Positions 8,399 to 18,122 of a stretch of DNA of 34,100 nt are shown in pieces; within the stretch, counting starts at the first letter, position 1; each line of letters starts with the position of its first letter. A model generated the notes under the pieces. It saw only the letters and a program-made list of their open reading frames with translations. It was not told the DNA's origin and ran no database searches. The DNA comes from Acidobacteriota bacterium. Its GTDB lineage: Bacteria; Acidobacteriota; UBA6911; JACQSX01. Location: NCBI GenBank assembly GCA_036507075.1, contig DASXQR010000042.1, positions 1 to 34,100 of the forward strand, written 5' to 3'. The position numbers were made by a program, and so were the translations under genes.

Positions 8399-9312
8399 TA
8401 AACACCCATTTTTAGATTTTCCGGGTAAACCCTGACATTGAGCCTTTTCTTCAGGTCCCCAATGCGGGTCTGGATCGCGGAACTTTCCTTGTCCGCCAGA
8501 AGCTTCTCAAAAATCTGATCCTTCACCTCGAAAAACTTCTGCCGGTGGCTGCGAATCCGCTCATCCACCAGAAAAAGATGATATCCCAAATCGCTTTTCA
8601 CGGGCGCACTAATTTGCCCAGCTCGCAGCCTGAAAACGGCGCTCTCAAAGGCTTCCGGCAGGTCTCCCTGCTTGAAAGTGCCCACCTCGCCATTGCGCGA
8701 GGCGCTCGGCGCCCGGGAAAACTTTCGCGCCGCCTGGATGAAGGCTTCCACAGGCTGGCGCTGCAACTGGCGATGGAGCCTCTGGGCCAGCACTTCATCC
8801 GCCACCAGGATTTCACGTACGTGGACGGTCTCGGGTTGCAGAAACTGAAGCTGGTTGAGCTCAAAGTAGGTCTCAGCCTCATCCAGGCGGACCTGAACTG
8901 CAGCAGAAATGTTGGATTTGATCCATTTCTGAACACGGAGGTCGTCGCGCACGGCACGGATCAGCTCCGGATTAGCCAGATCGGTCGAAGTTGTCATTCC
9001 CAGCTTCAACAGGTTCTCGCGCACGTCCTCGTCATCCACGTAAGTTCTGTCCCGCTCGGCCACATGGAGAAGGATCTCGTGGTCCACGAAAAGATTAAAC
9101 AGCTCAGATTCGTCCTGGTGTTCGTCCAGCCTGAGCTTGGCGGAACGAAACCGCTGCCAATCGGTTGTGGTAATTACGCGGTCCTCGATCTTAACCACCG
9201 GAAGTGCGCCTTTCGCTGGCGAGCCCGCGTGACGCGATTGACACGCAGGCGCCGCCAGGAGCATCAGGCAGAGCAGGCGGACTCCTGGCTGCATCCGTGG
9301 AAATGATCTCAC
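8398..9312 (-). CDS. PpiC/PrsA-type peptidyl-prolyl isomerase, probable lipoprotein
   Basis: VHVREILV, ARKFS, NGEVG, SAPVKSDLGYHLF; signal LLCLMLLAAPAC; AGGAG RBS before GTG 9312 (alternative ATG 9294). The ORF-track extension to 9603 is repeat sequence. Confidence 0.82.
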   Translation of the reverse strand: MRSFPRMQPGVRLLCLMLLAAPACQSRHAGSPAKGALPVVKIEDRVITTTDWQRFRSAKLRLDEHQDESELFNLFVDHEILLHVAERDRTYVDDEDVRENLLKLGMTTSTDLANPELIRAVRDDLRVQKWIKSNISAAVQVRLDEAETYFELNQLQFLQPETVHVREILVADEVLAQRLHRQLQRQPVEAFIQAARKFSRAPSASRNGEVGTFKQGDLPEAFESAVFRLRAGQISAPVKSDLGYHLFLVDERIRSHRQKFFEVKDQIFEKLLADKESSAIQTRIGDLKKRLNVRVYPENLKMGV

Positions 9313-9350
9313 CCTGTGTCTCCTAGTAACATTTCCCGAGCACGCTGACG

Positions 9351-9547
9351 AATGCAGATTTCGGAATGCGGAATGCGGAATAGAGGAAGAACCGTATACG
9401 TCCACGACACGTACACGCTTACCGTTAGTCGTGGACGTGGTCGTTGACGTGCACGTGAACGTAGACGGCTTTGCCTTTGCTTGTAGCATGGCTCCTGCAG
9501 GTACAGATCTTTCTTTATTCCACATTCCGCATTCCGAAATCCGCATT
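9351..9547. repeat. Family A (GAATGCG) palindrome enclosing a CACGTC/CACGAC hexamer palindrome (family G)
   Basis: 40-nt arms 9351-9390 / 9508-9547, 36/40 complementary; inner ccgtatacgtccacgacacgtacacg...cgtggacgtggtcgttgacgtgcacgtgaacgtagacgg. Confidence 0.9.
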
Positions 9548-12500
9548 GGAACGGCGCTGTATCTCGCCCAGCAGCTCGACGATCTCCGCGGTGATGTCGT
9601 CAAGCCTGGTGTGCTGCGTCCGCAGCCGCAGCACGCCGCCCGGACTGAGCGTCAGCATCCGGCTGTGCTTGACCATCTCGATCAGCTTTTCTGAGTCAAT
9701 CCTGGCGTCACTGGCAAACTTTAATAAGATCTCGCCGCCCTTCCGATCGAGGGAAATAATGTGGAGTTGTTCCGCTATCAAGCGGAGTCGCGCGTAATAA
9801 AACAAGTTCTCCACCGGCTTCGGGAACTGACCGTATCGATCCAGGATTTCCTCGCGCATCTTCTGCAAGTCTTGCGCGTCGCGGGCGCTGGATATTCGTT
9901 TGTAGAGGCGCAGTCGCTGGTTGGTTTCTTCGATGTAGTGCTCGGGAATACGGATGTCAAACTGCAGATCGATGCTGGTTCGGAAATCCTCCTCCACCTG
10001 CTCTCCGCGAAGCTCGCGCACGGTGCGCTCCAGAAGCTGGGTGTAAAGCTCAAATCCAATCGCGTTGATCTGGCCGTGCTGCTCGCCGCCGAGCAGATTA
10101 CCGGCACCGCGGATTTCAAGGTCCAGGGCCGCAACTCGAAATCCGGCGCCCAATTCGCTGAATTCGCGAATGGCAGCAAGGCGCTTTCGGGCAACCGCTG
10201 AAATCAAGTCACCCGGCGGAATCAGAAGATAAGCGTAAGCGCGCCGGTCTGAGCGTCCGACGCGCCCGCGCAATTGATAAAGCTGGGAGAGGCCGTAACG
10301 GTCTGCTCGATTAATCAGAATCGTGTTGGCGCGAGGGATATCCAGACCATTCTCGATAATGGTGGTGCAGACCAGCACGTCGGATTGGTGCTGAACGAAC
10401 CTGAGCATCACTTCTTCCAGCTCCTTCTCCGACATTTGCCCGTGGCCCACCGCGACGCGCGCCTGGGGACAAATTCGCTGCACCAGATTGGCCATCGAAT
10501 AAATGCTCTCCACCCGATTGTGGACAAAGAAGACCTGGCCTTCACGCTGCAGTTCCAGTTCGATGCCGGACCGGATAATATCCTGGCTGAACTTCAGCAC
10601 GCTGGTCTGGATCGACATTCGATCCTGCGGCGGCGTCTCAATAATCGACAAGTCACGCAATCCAAGAAGCGACATGTGCAGCGTGCGCGGAATGGGCGTT
10701 GCCGACAGGGTGAGGACGTCTACCTTGGTCTTCATTTTCTTGAGCCATTCTTTCTGCGCCACGCCGAACCGCTGTTCTTCATCCACTATAACCAGCCCGA
10801 GATCGAAAAACCTGACATCCCTGGAGAGAATCCGATGCGTTCCAATCAGAATGTCAATCTTTCCTTCCTCGGTACGCTTGACGAGTTCCTTCTGCTCGAC
10901 CTTGTTGCGGAAACGGCTGATCATCTCCACGGTTACCGGGAAAGCTTTGAAGCGCTCCCGAAAAGTGGTGTAGTGCTGGAACGCAAGCACAGTGGTGGGA
11001 GCAAGTACCGCCACCTGCTTTTTGTCCAGCATCGCTTTGAAAGCTCCCCGCATGGCCACTTCCGTCTTGCCGTATCCCACGTCCCCGCAAATCAGCCGGT
11101 CCATGGGACGCGGGGACTCCATATCGCGCTTCATTTCGCGAATGGCCGATTCCTGATCGGGAGTTTCTTTGAACTCGAAGCTGTCTTCGAACTCGCGCTG
11201 CAGGCCGTCGTCTGTGTTGAATGCAAAACCGGACACCGTTTCCCGCTGGGCATACAACCGCAATAGTTCTTCGGCCATGTCGCGCATGGCCTTCTTTACC
11301 CGCGACTTTGTCTTCTCCCAGGTAACCCCGCCGAGTTTGTCCAGCGCGGGCCGCGCGCTGCCGGCGCCCGAGTATTTTTGAATTAGATCGACGCGCTCGA
11401 CGGGCACGTAGAGCTTCGCGTCGTCCCGATAGGTGAGCAGAACGAATTCCCTGGTTGTGTCGGCGACTCCGATGCGAGTCAATCCGTGGAATACTCCAAT
11501 GCCATGATCCACATGGACCACGTAATCCCCTTCTTTAAGGTCGCGCAGATCGGAAATGAAAACTCCCTTGTGATCACGCTGCACGTCGCGGTGGGCCTGC
11601 TTCTTCTCCTCGCCGAAAACATCCCGCTCGCGATAGAAGGAGAGGTGGGAGTCGGGCAGGCTGAAACCGTGCGACAGCGCTCCGGTGCTGACGAATAACG
11701 GGGAGTCCGCCTCTGCGGCAGCCTGTCCGATCTGTGCCGCCAGGCCGTAGTCACGAAAGATGTCCCGCAGCCGCTCGGCCGTTCCCAGCGTTTCCATGGC
11801 AAAAACGATGCGGTTTCCCTGATCGATGGCTTGCTGCACTTCTTCCACCAAATCGCGAATCGCTCCAGCGAAGCCGCGCACGGCGGGAGCCGCGAAGTGT
11901 GTCGGCTGGATGGGCCCGGATCGCCGAACTTCCAGTTCCGAAATTTCCAGGGTGGTCGAAAAACCGGCCGGCTGCCGGCTGAAGAAAAGTTCCGTGGGGG
12001 AAAGCACCAGATCGCGCGCCTGATTTCTGATCTCGAACTGCTCTTGAAGCTGCTGCCATGCCTTGACGCGCTGTTCCTCCAGCCATTCCGGTTCCGGCAG
12101 CACCAGCACCGCGTCTGCGGCGTAATCAAACACAGAGGCGTTTCTGGGGATGGTCAATGGAAGAAGAAACTCGATCCCTTGAAAGGACTGCCCGTGTTCA
12201 GCGAACAAGAGCCGCTCATCGAAAGCGTAACCGTATTCTCCACCGCCCCAGCGTCGCAAGGCGGTTTCGTTCCACTGCTGCATCTGCTCCACACCGGGGC
12301 TGTCTTCACGCATCGGAAGAATAGTGAACTGCGAAGCGTAGCTTATGCTTCGCTGCGTCACAGGATCGAAGTAACGCAGCGATTCAATCGTGTCACCGAA
12401 GAACTCCAGACGGACCGGATTTTGTTCCTGAGGAGAATAAAGGTCCACAATGCCGCCGCGATGCGCGAAGTCGCCGTAGCTGCTGACCGGGTCTTCATCC

Positions 12501-13009
12501 ACGTATCCCATCCGTCGGAGGCCGGCCGTCAGTTCTTCAAGGGCGACGCTCATTCCGGCTTCCAGCCGGATCCAACTCTCCTGGAAATGATGCGGCGCGT
12601 TAAGCTTTTGAATCCATGACCGAAGGGGGACGATCAGGAAGTCGGCCTGGCGCTGAAGCGCGCGCCATAGAGCCACTACCCGCTGCTCGGCGATTTCCGG
12701 GTGCGTGGAAATGCCCCGGTACGGATCGGTCTCGGAGGCGGGGAGGATCGCGATCTCGCCTTCAGTGGCGAAAAGATGTTTGAAGAAATTCAATTCACGT
12801 TGCAGGGATTCCGCGCCGCGGTTGTCCTGAGTAACCCAGACAAAACGCCGGCCGGTCTGCTTCCTGAGCAGCGTCAGAAAAAGCGCCGCGGAGCTCGAGT
12901 TCAGTCCCGACACACTCAGGTGCGGTTGGGAGATGGATTGGGAAAGCTGTTTGAAACCCGGATGGCTTTCGAGTGCTGCCAACAGGGTTCCCTGTAAAAC
13001 TTCTTTCAA
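9515..13009 (-). CDS. mfd: Transcription-repair coupling factor
   Basis: GDYVVHVDHGIG, RLICGDVGYGKTEVA, VDEEQRFGV, QLRGRVGRS, DLEIRGAGNLLG; TTG start with AGGAG RBS. Confidence 0.97.
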   Translation of the reverse strand: MKEVLQGTLLAALESHPGFKQLSQSISQPHLSVSGLNSSSAALFLTLLRKQTGRRFVWVTQDNRGAESLQRELNFFKHLFATEGEIAILPASETDPYRGISTHPEIAEQRVVALWRALQRQADFLIVPLRSWIQKLNAPHHFQESWIRLEAGMSVALEELTAGLRRMGYVDEDPVSSYGDFAHRGGIVDLYSPQEQNPVRLEFFGDTIESLRYFDPVTQRSISYASQFTILPMREDSPGVEQMQQWNETALRRWGGGEYGYAFDERLLFAEHGQSFQGIEFLLPLTIPRNASVFDYAADAVLVLPEPEWLEEQRVKAWQQLQEQFEIRNQARDLVLSPTELFFSRQPAGFSTTLEISELEVRRSGPIQPTHFAAPAVRGFAGAIRDLVEEVQQAIDQGNRIVFAMETLGTAERLRDIFRDYGLAAQIGQAAAEADSPLFVSTGALSHGFSLPDSHLSFYRERDVFGEEKKQAHRDVQRDHKGVFISDLRDLKEGDYVVHVDHGIGVFHGLTRIGVADTTREFVLLTYRDDAKLYVPVERVDLIQKYSGAGSARPALDKLGGVTWEKTKSRVKKAMRDMAEELLRLYAQRETVSGFAFNTDDGLQREFEDSFEFKETPDQESAIREMKRDMESPRPMDRLICGDVGYGKTEVAMRGAFKAMLDKKQVAVLAPTTVLAFQHYTTFRERFKAFPVTVEMISRFRNKVEQKELVKRTEEGKIDILIGTHRILSRDVRFFDLGLVIVDEEQRFGVAQKEWLKKMKTKVDVLTLSATPIPRTLHMSLLGLRDLSIIETPPQDRMSIQTSVLKFSQDIIRSGIELELQREGQVFFVHNRVESIYSMANLVQRICPQARVAVGHGQMSEKELEEVMLRFVQHQSDVLVCTTIIENGLDIPRANTILINRADRYGLSQLYQLRGRVGRSDRRAYAYLLIPPGDLISAVARKRLAAIREFSELGAGFRVAALDLEIRGAGNLLGGEQHGQINAIGFELYTQLLERTVRELRGEQVEEDFRTSIDLQFDIRIPEHYIEETNQRLRLYKRISSARDAQDLQKMREEILDRYGQFPKPVENLFYYARLRLIAEQLHIISLDRKGGEILLKFASDARIDSEKLIEMVKHSRMLTLSPGGVLRLRTQHTRLDDITAEIVELLGEIQRRSNADFGMRNVE

Positions 13010-13094
13010 TCAAACTCCTTGTTTGGAAAGGCGATCTACAATTTTACACACCCTGGCTTGCCGACAGTGATGCTGATTGTCTTTATCCTGCTGA

Positions 13095-13196
13095 GAATGC
13101 GGATTTCGGAATGCGGAATGCGGAATAGGGAAGGGATTTGCTTTCAGTTGCGAGGCCCGAAGATATTCCGCATTCCGCATTCCGAAATCCGCATTC
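13095..13196. repeat. Family A palindrome with perfect 33-bp arms
   Basis: gaatgcggatttcggaatgcggaatgcggaata (13095-13127) is the exact reverse complement of 13164-13196; 36-nt loop. Confidence 0.93.
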
Positions 13197-13245
13197 GGCG
13201 CGGTCCTCGAATGGTATCTTTACAGGCATGATTGGGAGAAATCTG

Positions 13246-13731
13246 TCAGGGGTTCTTTCGAATCTTGTCGATAATCCCGGATGTCGAATATCCGGGCGCA
13301 AATTCAATTTGCCGCACCTGCCCTCCGGCCGCTTCTACCACATCTTTGCCGATGATTTGATCGGTAGGCCAATCGGCGCCTTTTACCAGAACGTCGGGCA
13401 GGACTTCCCGGATTATGCCGTCGGGGTCGGGCTCATCGAATACAGTCACCAGGTTTACAGCGGCGAGAGCCGCCAGCACTTCGGCTCTCTCCAGTTCCGG
13501 CTGGATGGGACGCCCGGCGCCTTTGATCGACCTGACAGAGTGATCGCTGTTAACGGCGACCACCAGCCGATCTCCCAGCGAGCGCGCTTTCTGCAAATAG
13601 CGCACGTGCCCGGGATGCAGCAGGTCGAAGCATCCGTTGGTGAAGACGATCTTCAGACCGGCACTCTTCCATTCTTTCACCCGCCGGCCGGCCTCGGCGC
13701 GCGCCACCACTTTGTCCTTAGCCGATTTCAT
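13246..13731 (-). CDS. rfaE2: D-glycero-beta-D-manno-heptose 1-phosphate adenylyltransferase (stand-alone HldE C-terminal domain)
   Basis: VFTNGCFDLLHPGHVRYL, VAVNSD, PDVLVKGADW, GYSTS. Confidence 0.9.
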   Translation of the reverse strand: MKSAKDKVVARAEAGRRVKEWKSAGLKIVFTNGCFDLLHPGHVRYLQKARSLGDRLVVAVNSDHSVRSIKGAGRPIQPELERAEVLAALAAVNLVTVFDEPDPDGIIREVLPDVLVKGADWPTDQIIGKDVVEAAGGQVRQIEFAPGYSTSGIIDKIRKNP

Positions 13732-15067
13732 TCTGGATCACGCTGGCAATCTGTCTGGCACAATCGCGAACCATCTCTTCCTCTCTGCCTTCGATCATCA
13801 CCCGCGCAATTGACTCCGTTCCGGAATAACGCACCAGTACCCGGCCGTCGTCTCCCAGCCGACTCCTCACTTCAGTGACGGCGCTGTGAATGGCGGGCAC
13901 GGTGGACAATTCCGGTTTGCTGCTGACCGAGACATTAATCAAAATCTGAGGGAATTTTGGAACCGGGGTCGCCAGCGCGCTCAACGCCAAACCGGTTTGC
14001 TGCATTACGCGCAACAACTGAACGGTGGTGAGCAGCCCGTCGCCCGCTACTGACTGGTCGAGCAGCAGAATGTGGCCCGATTGTTCTCCCCCCAGATTGG
14101 CTCCCAGCTCGAGCATTCGCTCCAGGACATAACGGTCCCCCACTTTTGCGCGATCCAGACGAATGGAAAGCTTACTGAGCGCGATTTCCAATCCAATGTT
14201 GGACATGAGCGTGGCAACGACAGTGTCATTCCTGAGCCCCTCACGCTCTTTCAAGAAGCGGGCGAAGATGTACAGGATATGGTCACCGTCGACCACTTGC
14301 CCTCTCTCATCTGAGAAAATTGAGCGGTCGGCATCGCCGTCAAACGCAACACCCAGATCGGCGCCATGTTCCACCACGGCCCGGCACAGGGCCTGCGGGT
14401 GCAGCGCGCCGCATTTCGCGTTGATATTGGTTCCGTCCGGCTGGTTGTAAAGGATCACGACCTCATGACCGAGCGATTGGAATAATTTGGGCGCCAGCCG
14501 GAAAGAAGCGCCGTTTGCGCAGTCAAGCACGATCTTGAACCGGCGGCTCGGGTGATCCGCAGCCGTTCTCAAGAAATCAAGATAGGAATGCATCAGCGGC
14601 TCATTCACCGTGAGCAGCCTGGTGATTAGCGGCTCTGAGGGAGAGTTTTCCGCGGCGGCCCTGCTGCGGAAAACGCGCTCTTCGATTTCATTTTCCGCCT
14701 CATCGGAGATTTTCATCCCGGTATGCGCGAACATTTTGATGCCATTGTCGCGGAACGGATTATGGGAAGCGGAAATGACCACGCCCGCCTGGTAGTTGCT
14801 GGTGCGGGCAAGAAAGCTCACCCCCGGAGTGGTAAATACTCCGGCCAGGTCCGATTTCACGCCTGCCTGGGCCAGGCTTTGGCGGATGATTTCTTCGATC
14901 CAGACTCCGGAGGCGCGCGTATCGCGGCCGATCACAACATGGGCTGTTGTATGATTTTCAACCAGGAACTGCCCCAGTTCTGATCCGATGCGGAATAAAG
15001 TTTTCCCGTCGAGTGGATACTCTCCTGCTACGCCTCGAATTCCATCAGTGCCGAATAATTTTCCCAC
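13718..15067 (-). CDS. glmM: Phosphoglucosamine mutase
   Basis: LFGTDGIRG, VISASHNP, FDGDADR, GGEQSGH, RYSGTE. Confidence 0.95.
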   Translation of the reverse strand: MGKLFGTDGIRGVAGEYPLDGKTLFRIGSELGQFLVENHTTAHVVIGRDTRASGVWIEEIIRQSLAQAGVKSDLAGVFTTPGVSFLARTSNYQAGVVISASHNPFRDNGIKMFAHTGMKISDEAENEIEERVFRSRAAAENSPSEPLITRLLTVNEPLMHSYLDFLRTAADHPSRRFKIVLDCANGASFRLAPKLFQSLGHEVVILYNQPDGTNINAKCGALHPQALCRAVVEHGADLGVAFDGDADRSIFSDERGQVVDGDHILYIFARFLKEREGLRNDTVVATLMSNIGLEIALSKLSIRLDRAKVGDRYVLERMLELGANLGGEQSGHILLLDQSVAGDGLLTTVQLLRVMQQTGLALSALATPVPKFPQILINVSVSSKPELSTVPAIHSAVTEVRSRLGDDGRVLVRYSGTESIARVMIEGREEEMVRDCARQIASVIQNEIG

Positions 15068-15069
15068 GA

Positions 15070-15999
15070 TTAAGAGCCCATCCGAACTTTCACTCGCTCC
15101 GGATTTACCTTATCAATGCGCACAGACCGATCTACCAGGCCGGTGATGGCAATCGTGGGAACGACCTCTCTTTCTTTGCTGCTTCCCAGCGCTGAACGAT
15201 CTACCTTGGCGATGAACATGGAAGGCTTGAGCGTCTTCCGGTAATTCTTGGGATAGCTCACCTGTAACTGGACCGATTTTATGGCGGCACGCAGCCCCTT
15301 CCCCAGCGACAGCGGAATGGTAATCTTCTCGATGGCGCGCTCTTCCTCGATGAGCACTTCAACTCTCACCGGATTGACGCGCTCGATGCGAAGCTTGGAA
15401 TCGCTGATGTCGACGTTGACGTCTCGCTGAATCGAGCGTTTGGCGCCGGACACGTGGACCACTTCGGTAATGGCCTTGAAAGCCCGGTTAACCCGGGATT
15501 CCGGCCCGGTGATCTGAATCTCGCCGGGGTCCGCCCAGACGCGGCTGATCTGATAGCCGGGCAGGGGGGTTCCGGCGATCACCGGTTCAATCGGCACCAG
15601 CTTGTGCACGGTGCGTTCCAGGACGAGGGTGATGCGGGACGGGCTGACGTTGGAGATGGTGACGCCGTCCGGCTTGCGGATGTTGGCCTCAGTGATAGGG
15701 ATGATGCGTTCCCCCCTGGTCGCTCCCTGCAGATTCACCACGGCGGAAATGCCGGAATTGTTTGTGGAATTGAGAAATCCCCGCCGCGTCCGCACGTGTA
15801 CGTCGAGCATCTTTGCATAGTCATTGGAGATCTCCAGGTCCGCAGGCGTATTGAGGAATTCTACCGGAATAGAAAGGGTGCGGTCGATGACCTGCTCGCT
15901 GGAAACGTTGAACCAGAGCAGGAAAGCCAGCAACAGGCTTACCGCCTTCAAAGAAACATTCTCGAAAAATATTTTCCGGAGGTCATCTATCGTCGCCAT
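15070..15999 (-). CDS. cdaR: CdaR/YbbR-like diadenylate cyclase regulator
   Basis: N-terminal TM (ENVSLKAVSLLLAFLLWFNV), YbbR-like domains, position between cdaA and glmM; start ATG 15999 (alternative TTG 16011). Confidence 0.82.
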   Translation of the reverse strand: MATIDDLRKIFFENVSLKAVSLLLAFLLWFNVSSEQVIDRTLSIPVEFLNTPADLEISNDYAKMLDVHVRTRRGFLNSTNNSGISAVVNLQGATRGERIIPITEANIRKPDGVTISNVSPSRITLVLERTVHKLVPIEPVIAGTPLPGYQISRVWADPGEIQITGPESRVNRAFKAITEVVHVSGAKRSIQRDVNVDISDSKLRIERVNPVRVEVLIEEERAIEKITIPLSLGKGLRAAIKSVQLQVSYPKNYRKTLKPSMFIAKVDRSALGSSKEREVVPTIAITGLVDRSVRIDKVNPERVKVRMGS

Positions 16000-16007
16000 G
16001 TCTAAAT

Positions 16008-16362
16008 TCAAAAGTCAAAGGCCAAAAGTCGAAAGCCGAAAGTCGAAGGTCAAAAGTCAAAAGTCGAAAGTCGAAGGTCGAGAGTCGAAGGCGAAATACG
16101 TAATGAGGGGGCAATTTGTAAATGGCTCGTGTCTATTAGCCGGAAGCTTCCGTCACCGAATACCCGACTTTCCGGCAGTCACATTCCATTAATCCGCAAA
16201 CCCCATCGGCAAATCTCCAATCTCTCACTCTCCCAATCCCCAATCCTCATCCGTCACTCGACGCTCGTTATTCAACGTTTTCGACCTTCGACCTTCGACC
16301 TTCGACTTTTGACTTTCGACTTTCGACCTTCGACCTTCGACCTTCGACCTTTGGACTTTCGG
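16008..16362. repeat. Palindromic element with about 12x TCGAA(A/G)G heptamers per arm (family D)
   Basis: Left arm 16008-16096, right arm 16278-16362 (C(C/T)TTCGA units); about 180-nt interior with decayed CCAATC(C/T)-type repeats. Confidence 0.92.
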
Positions 16363-16371
16363 CATTCGGTT

Positions 16372-17184
16372 TTACGACGCTACTTGCTGGCGCTCCTGTG
16401 GTTGGAAGGGCAGAAGGTGACGTGTTTCCACAGCCTGGCGCAGGAATTTCAGAAGAGAAGGCCCATCCAGATTACGCGTGATCTTGCCTCCCATGACGGC
16501 AGAAATCTTTCCGCTTTCCTCGGAAATGACGATGGCGATGGCGTCGGTTTCCTCGGTAATTCCGATGGCGGCACGATGCCGTGTTCCCAACTCTTTGGAA
16601 AGATAAGGATCCAGCGTCAGCGGCAAAAAGCAGGCGGCTGCCGCCACACGGTCCTGCTGGATGATGACAGCGCCGTCATGCAATGGCGTCTGGGGACTGA
16701 AAACGGTAACCAGCAAGTCGTAGGTAAGCGCCGCATCCAGCTTGATCCCGCTGTCCACATAGTTTTTCAAGCCGATCTCTCCCTCGAGCACCAGCAATCC
16801 GCCGATATGGCGGCTGGCAAGAGTGGTGGCGGCCAGCACGATTTCCTCAAAGGCTTCCTTCTTGACGGCATGCGAGAAGCGCCGCAGCATTTGGCTGCGT
16901 CCGATGCTGGCCAAGCCGCGGCGGATCTCGGCCTGATAAATGACCACAATGGCGAAGACAATATAGGTGAGAAAATTCGCCAGCATCCATTGAACGGTTT
17001 TCAACTGGAGGAAGCGGCTTGTGTAATAGAGCAGGGCGAGAACGATGATGCCCATGGTCATCTGCATCCCGCGAGTTCCCCGAATCAGCAGCAGGATCCG
17101 GTAGATGATCAGAGCGACCACCCCAATGTCTATCACATCGACGATGCCGATTTGTCCAGGTTGCAGCAGTTCCCAGCTAATCAT
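16372..17184 (-). CDS. cdaA: Diadenylate cyclase CdaA/DacA
   Basis: Three N-terminal TM segments, PLHDGAVI, LGTRHRAAIG, ISEESG; ATG 17184 overlaps the folP stop. Confidence 0.93.
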   Translation of the reverse strand: MISWELLQPGQIGIVDVIDIGVVALIIYRILLLIRGTRGMQMTMGIIVLALLYYTSRFLQLKTVQWMLANFLTYIVFAIVVIYQAEIRRGLASIGRSQMLRRFSHAVKKEAFEEIVLAATTLASRHIGGLLVLEGEIGLKNYVDSGIKLDAALTYDLLVTVFSPQTPLHDGAVIIQQDRVAAAACFLPLTLDPYLSKELGTRHRAAIGITEETDAIAIVISEESGKISAVMGGKITRNLDGPSLLKFLRQAVETRHLLPFQPQERQQVAS

Positions 17185-18028
17185 GTTCCATCTCGGCAAG
17201 AGCGTCGGCCATTCTGGCCACAGCTTTCATTTCGGTTACATCGTGTACCCGGATGATGTGCGCACCGGAGAGAATGCCGCACGTGACTGCGGCCGCGGTT
17301 CCCCAGAGCCGGTCTTCTACATCCTGCTCCAGAATTTTTCCGATAAAAGACTTTCTGGAAGGACCCACAAGAAGGGGGCGGTCCAGAGGTTGGAAGAAGT
17401 CCAGTCTCCGGAGGAGATTAAGATTGTCCTCAACCGTTTTGCCAAATCCGATGCCCGGATCAATGATGATTTTATCACGCGCCAGACCGGCCCTGGAGCC
17501 TTTCTCAACGCTTTCCCGAAGCTGATAAAGCGTGTCGCCGAGGATGTCCTCGCTGGGAGGGATTTGCTGCATGTTTTCGGGTGTGCCCCGGATGTGCATC
17601 ACCACGGCGGCTGCATCCGAGTCCGCGACGGTGCCGGGCATTCCGGGATCGTGGAAGCCGGTAATGTCGTTCACCAGATCAGCACCGGCTCGCAATGCTT
17701 CGCAGGCGACAGATGCCTTGCAGGTATCTACAGAAAGAAAAATATTGGAGCTCTTTCTCACTGCTTCTATGACGGGGAGAACGCGATCCATTTCTTCCGA
17801 TTCCGGAACCGGCGCGGCACCCGGACGAGTCGATTCTCCACCGATGTCCAGGATGTCAGCTCCCTGTTGAATCATGCTGGCGGCGCGGCTGGCGGCGTCT
17901 CCGACGTCGCGTGCTCTTGAGCCCGGATAAAATGAGTCCGGCGTTACGTTCAAGACCGCCATAATCCAGGTTCGATCACCGAGTTCCATGACACGCCCTC
18001 GCGTTGGGACCGTGTATCGCTTCCGCAT
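17177..18028 (-). CDS. folP: Dihydropteroate synthase
   Basis: VLNVTPDSF, DIGGESTRPG, DPGIGFGK, SRKSFIG, IRVHDV. Confidence 0.95.
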   Translation of the reverse strand: MRKRYTVPTRGRVMELGDRTWIMAVLNVTPDSFYPGSRARDVGDAASRAASMIQQGADILDIGGESTRPGAAPVPESEEMDRVLPVIEAVRKSSNIFLSVDTCKASVACEALRAGADLVNDITGFHDPGMPGTVADSDAAAVVMHIRGTPENMQQIPPSEDILGDTLYQLRESVEKGSRAGLARDKIIIDPGIGFGKTVEDNLNLLRRLDFFQPLDRPLLVGPSRKSFIGKILEQDVEDRLWGTAAAVTCGILSGAHIIRVHDVTEMKAVARMADALAEMEHD

Positions 18029-18033
18029 AAACG

Positions 18034-18061
18034 AAAAGGCCCTCCGTCACCACGGAGGGCC
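18034..18061 (-). terminator. Terminator-like hairpin between ftsH and folP containing a GGAGG
   Basis: Minus strand GGCCCTCCGT-GGTG-ACGGAGGGCC-TTTT, ending 5 nt before the folP ATG. Confidence 0.65.
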
Positions 18062-18122
18062 GGGGAATTCCAGGTGCCTGGAAAGGCAACGGGGCACGAT
18101 CGCGGTGCCTCCGTATTTCAAT

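Noticed and set aside
9313..9603. N-terminal extensions in the ORF track (PPIase to 9603; likewise sulfatase to 24650 and dnaE2 from 30477)
   Set aside because: They run through repeat DNA; downstream starts fit RBS, signal peptides or family N-termini better.
15824..17256. Plus-strand ORFs with KVESRKSKV / FDLRPSTF repeats
   Set aside because: Translations of heptamer arms plus antisense of cdaA and cdaR.
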